A stretch of 64,000 nt of DNA from Felis catus (lineage: Eukaryota): contig NC_058368.1 in NCBI RefSeq assembly GCF_018350175.1, positions 150,166,001-150,230,000 of the forward strand, in the 5' to 3' direction. Made by a program: the position numbers and the translations under genes. Below are positions 63,512 to 64,000 of this stretch, piece by piece. Every line of letters begins with the position of its first letter. Position 1 is the stretch's first letter. The notes beneath the pieces are model-generated. The model ran no database searches, was not told the DNA's origin, and was given only the letters and a program-made list of their open reading frames with translations.

Positions 63512-64000
63512 AGAAACAAAGAAACAAGGAAAGAAACAAAGAAAGAAAGGGAAAATATTTAGGTTAGGTGCTACAGCACTGAGCCCCTCCCACATCATGG
63601 TAAAGGTGAACAAGTGATCCGGTATGTATCATGCACTGAAATAAAAGTTTCTAAAACCCTGCTTCTATTTCAAAGACACAGAATTTGCTTGCTCATCATT
63701 AAAAATCAATTTTTAGTCTTACAGGAATAAAGAAACACGAATGTGGTTATTTTATGAGCGAAGACCTGATTATCTCATGCTGTGAGTGTGATTCCTCAAT
63801 GGTCAGAAGGGGAGCTCTGGAGAGGTCTACTTTTCTTGGGCAAGTGTACACTTGCCTCAGTCTCACTCATAAACCAGGAAACAGTCACATGCACTGAGCC
63901 TTAAATGTGTTCATTTCAAACCAGGCAGGAGGCCTGACACACACACTAAATTTTCAGTATTAGCATCTCCAAATCTTTATCATCATATACGCAGATTGAT

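Noticed and set aside
63429..63617. Poly-Lys ORF
   Set aside because: Translation of the GAA repeat

Overview
Mammalian, AT-rich, repeat-dense genomic DNA. The Can-SINE and L1 subfamilies point to a carnivore, most likely a felid (cat-like). I can support no intact protein-coding gene, rRNA or tRNA gene, or CRISPR array, so the window reads as a large intron or intergenic region. The largest feature is a full-length but frameshifted feline LINE-1 on the minus strand (24217-30079, 15-bp target-site duplication). The window also has 13 Can-SINEs, several older L1, L2 and MIR fragments, MaLR/ERV LTRs, hAT/Tigger DNA-transposon fossils and microsatellites. The most notable non-routine signals are: (1) two tandem diverged copies of an ancient octamer/POU + CCAAT element resembling MER121 (4250-4750), with a similarly arranged module at about 61.1-61.3 kb and several RFX X-box-like sites; (2) a CpG-enriched patch at 12.8-14.7 kb; (3) an 81-codon open frame at 3216-3461 that resembles either a pogo/Tigger transposase C-terminus or an exon; (4) an L1-associated deletion junction. 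Repeat family names come from recalled consensus sequences, not from a database search, and boundaries of old repeats are approximate.
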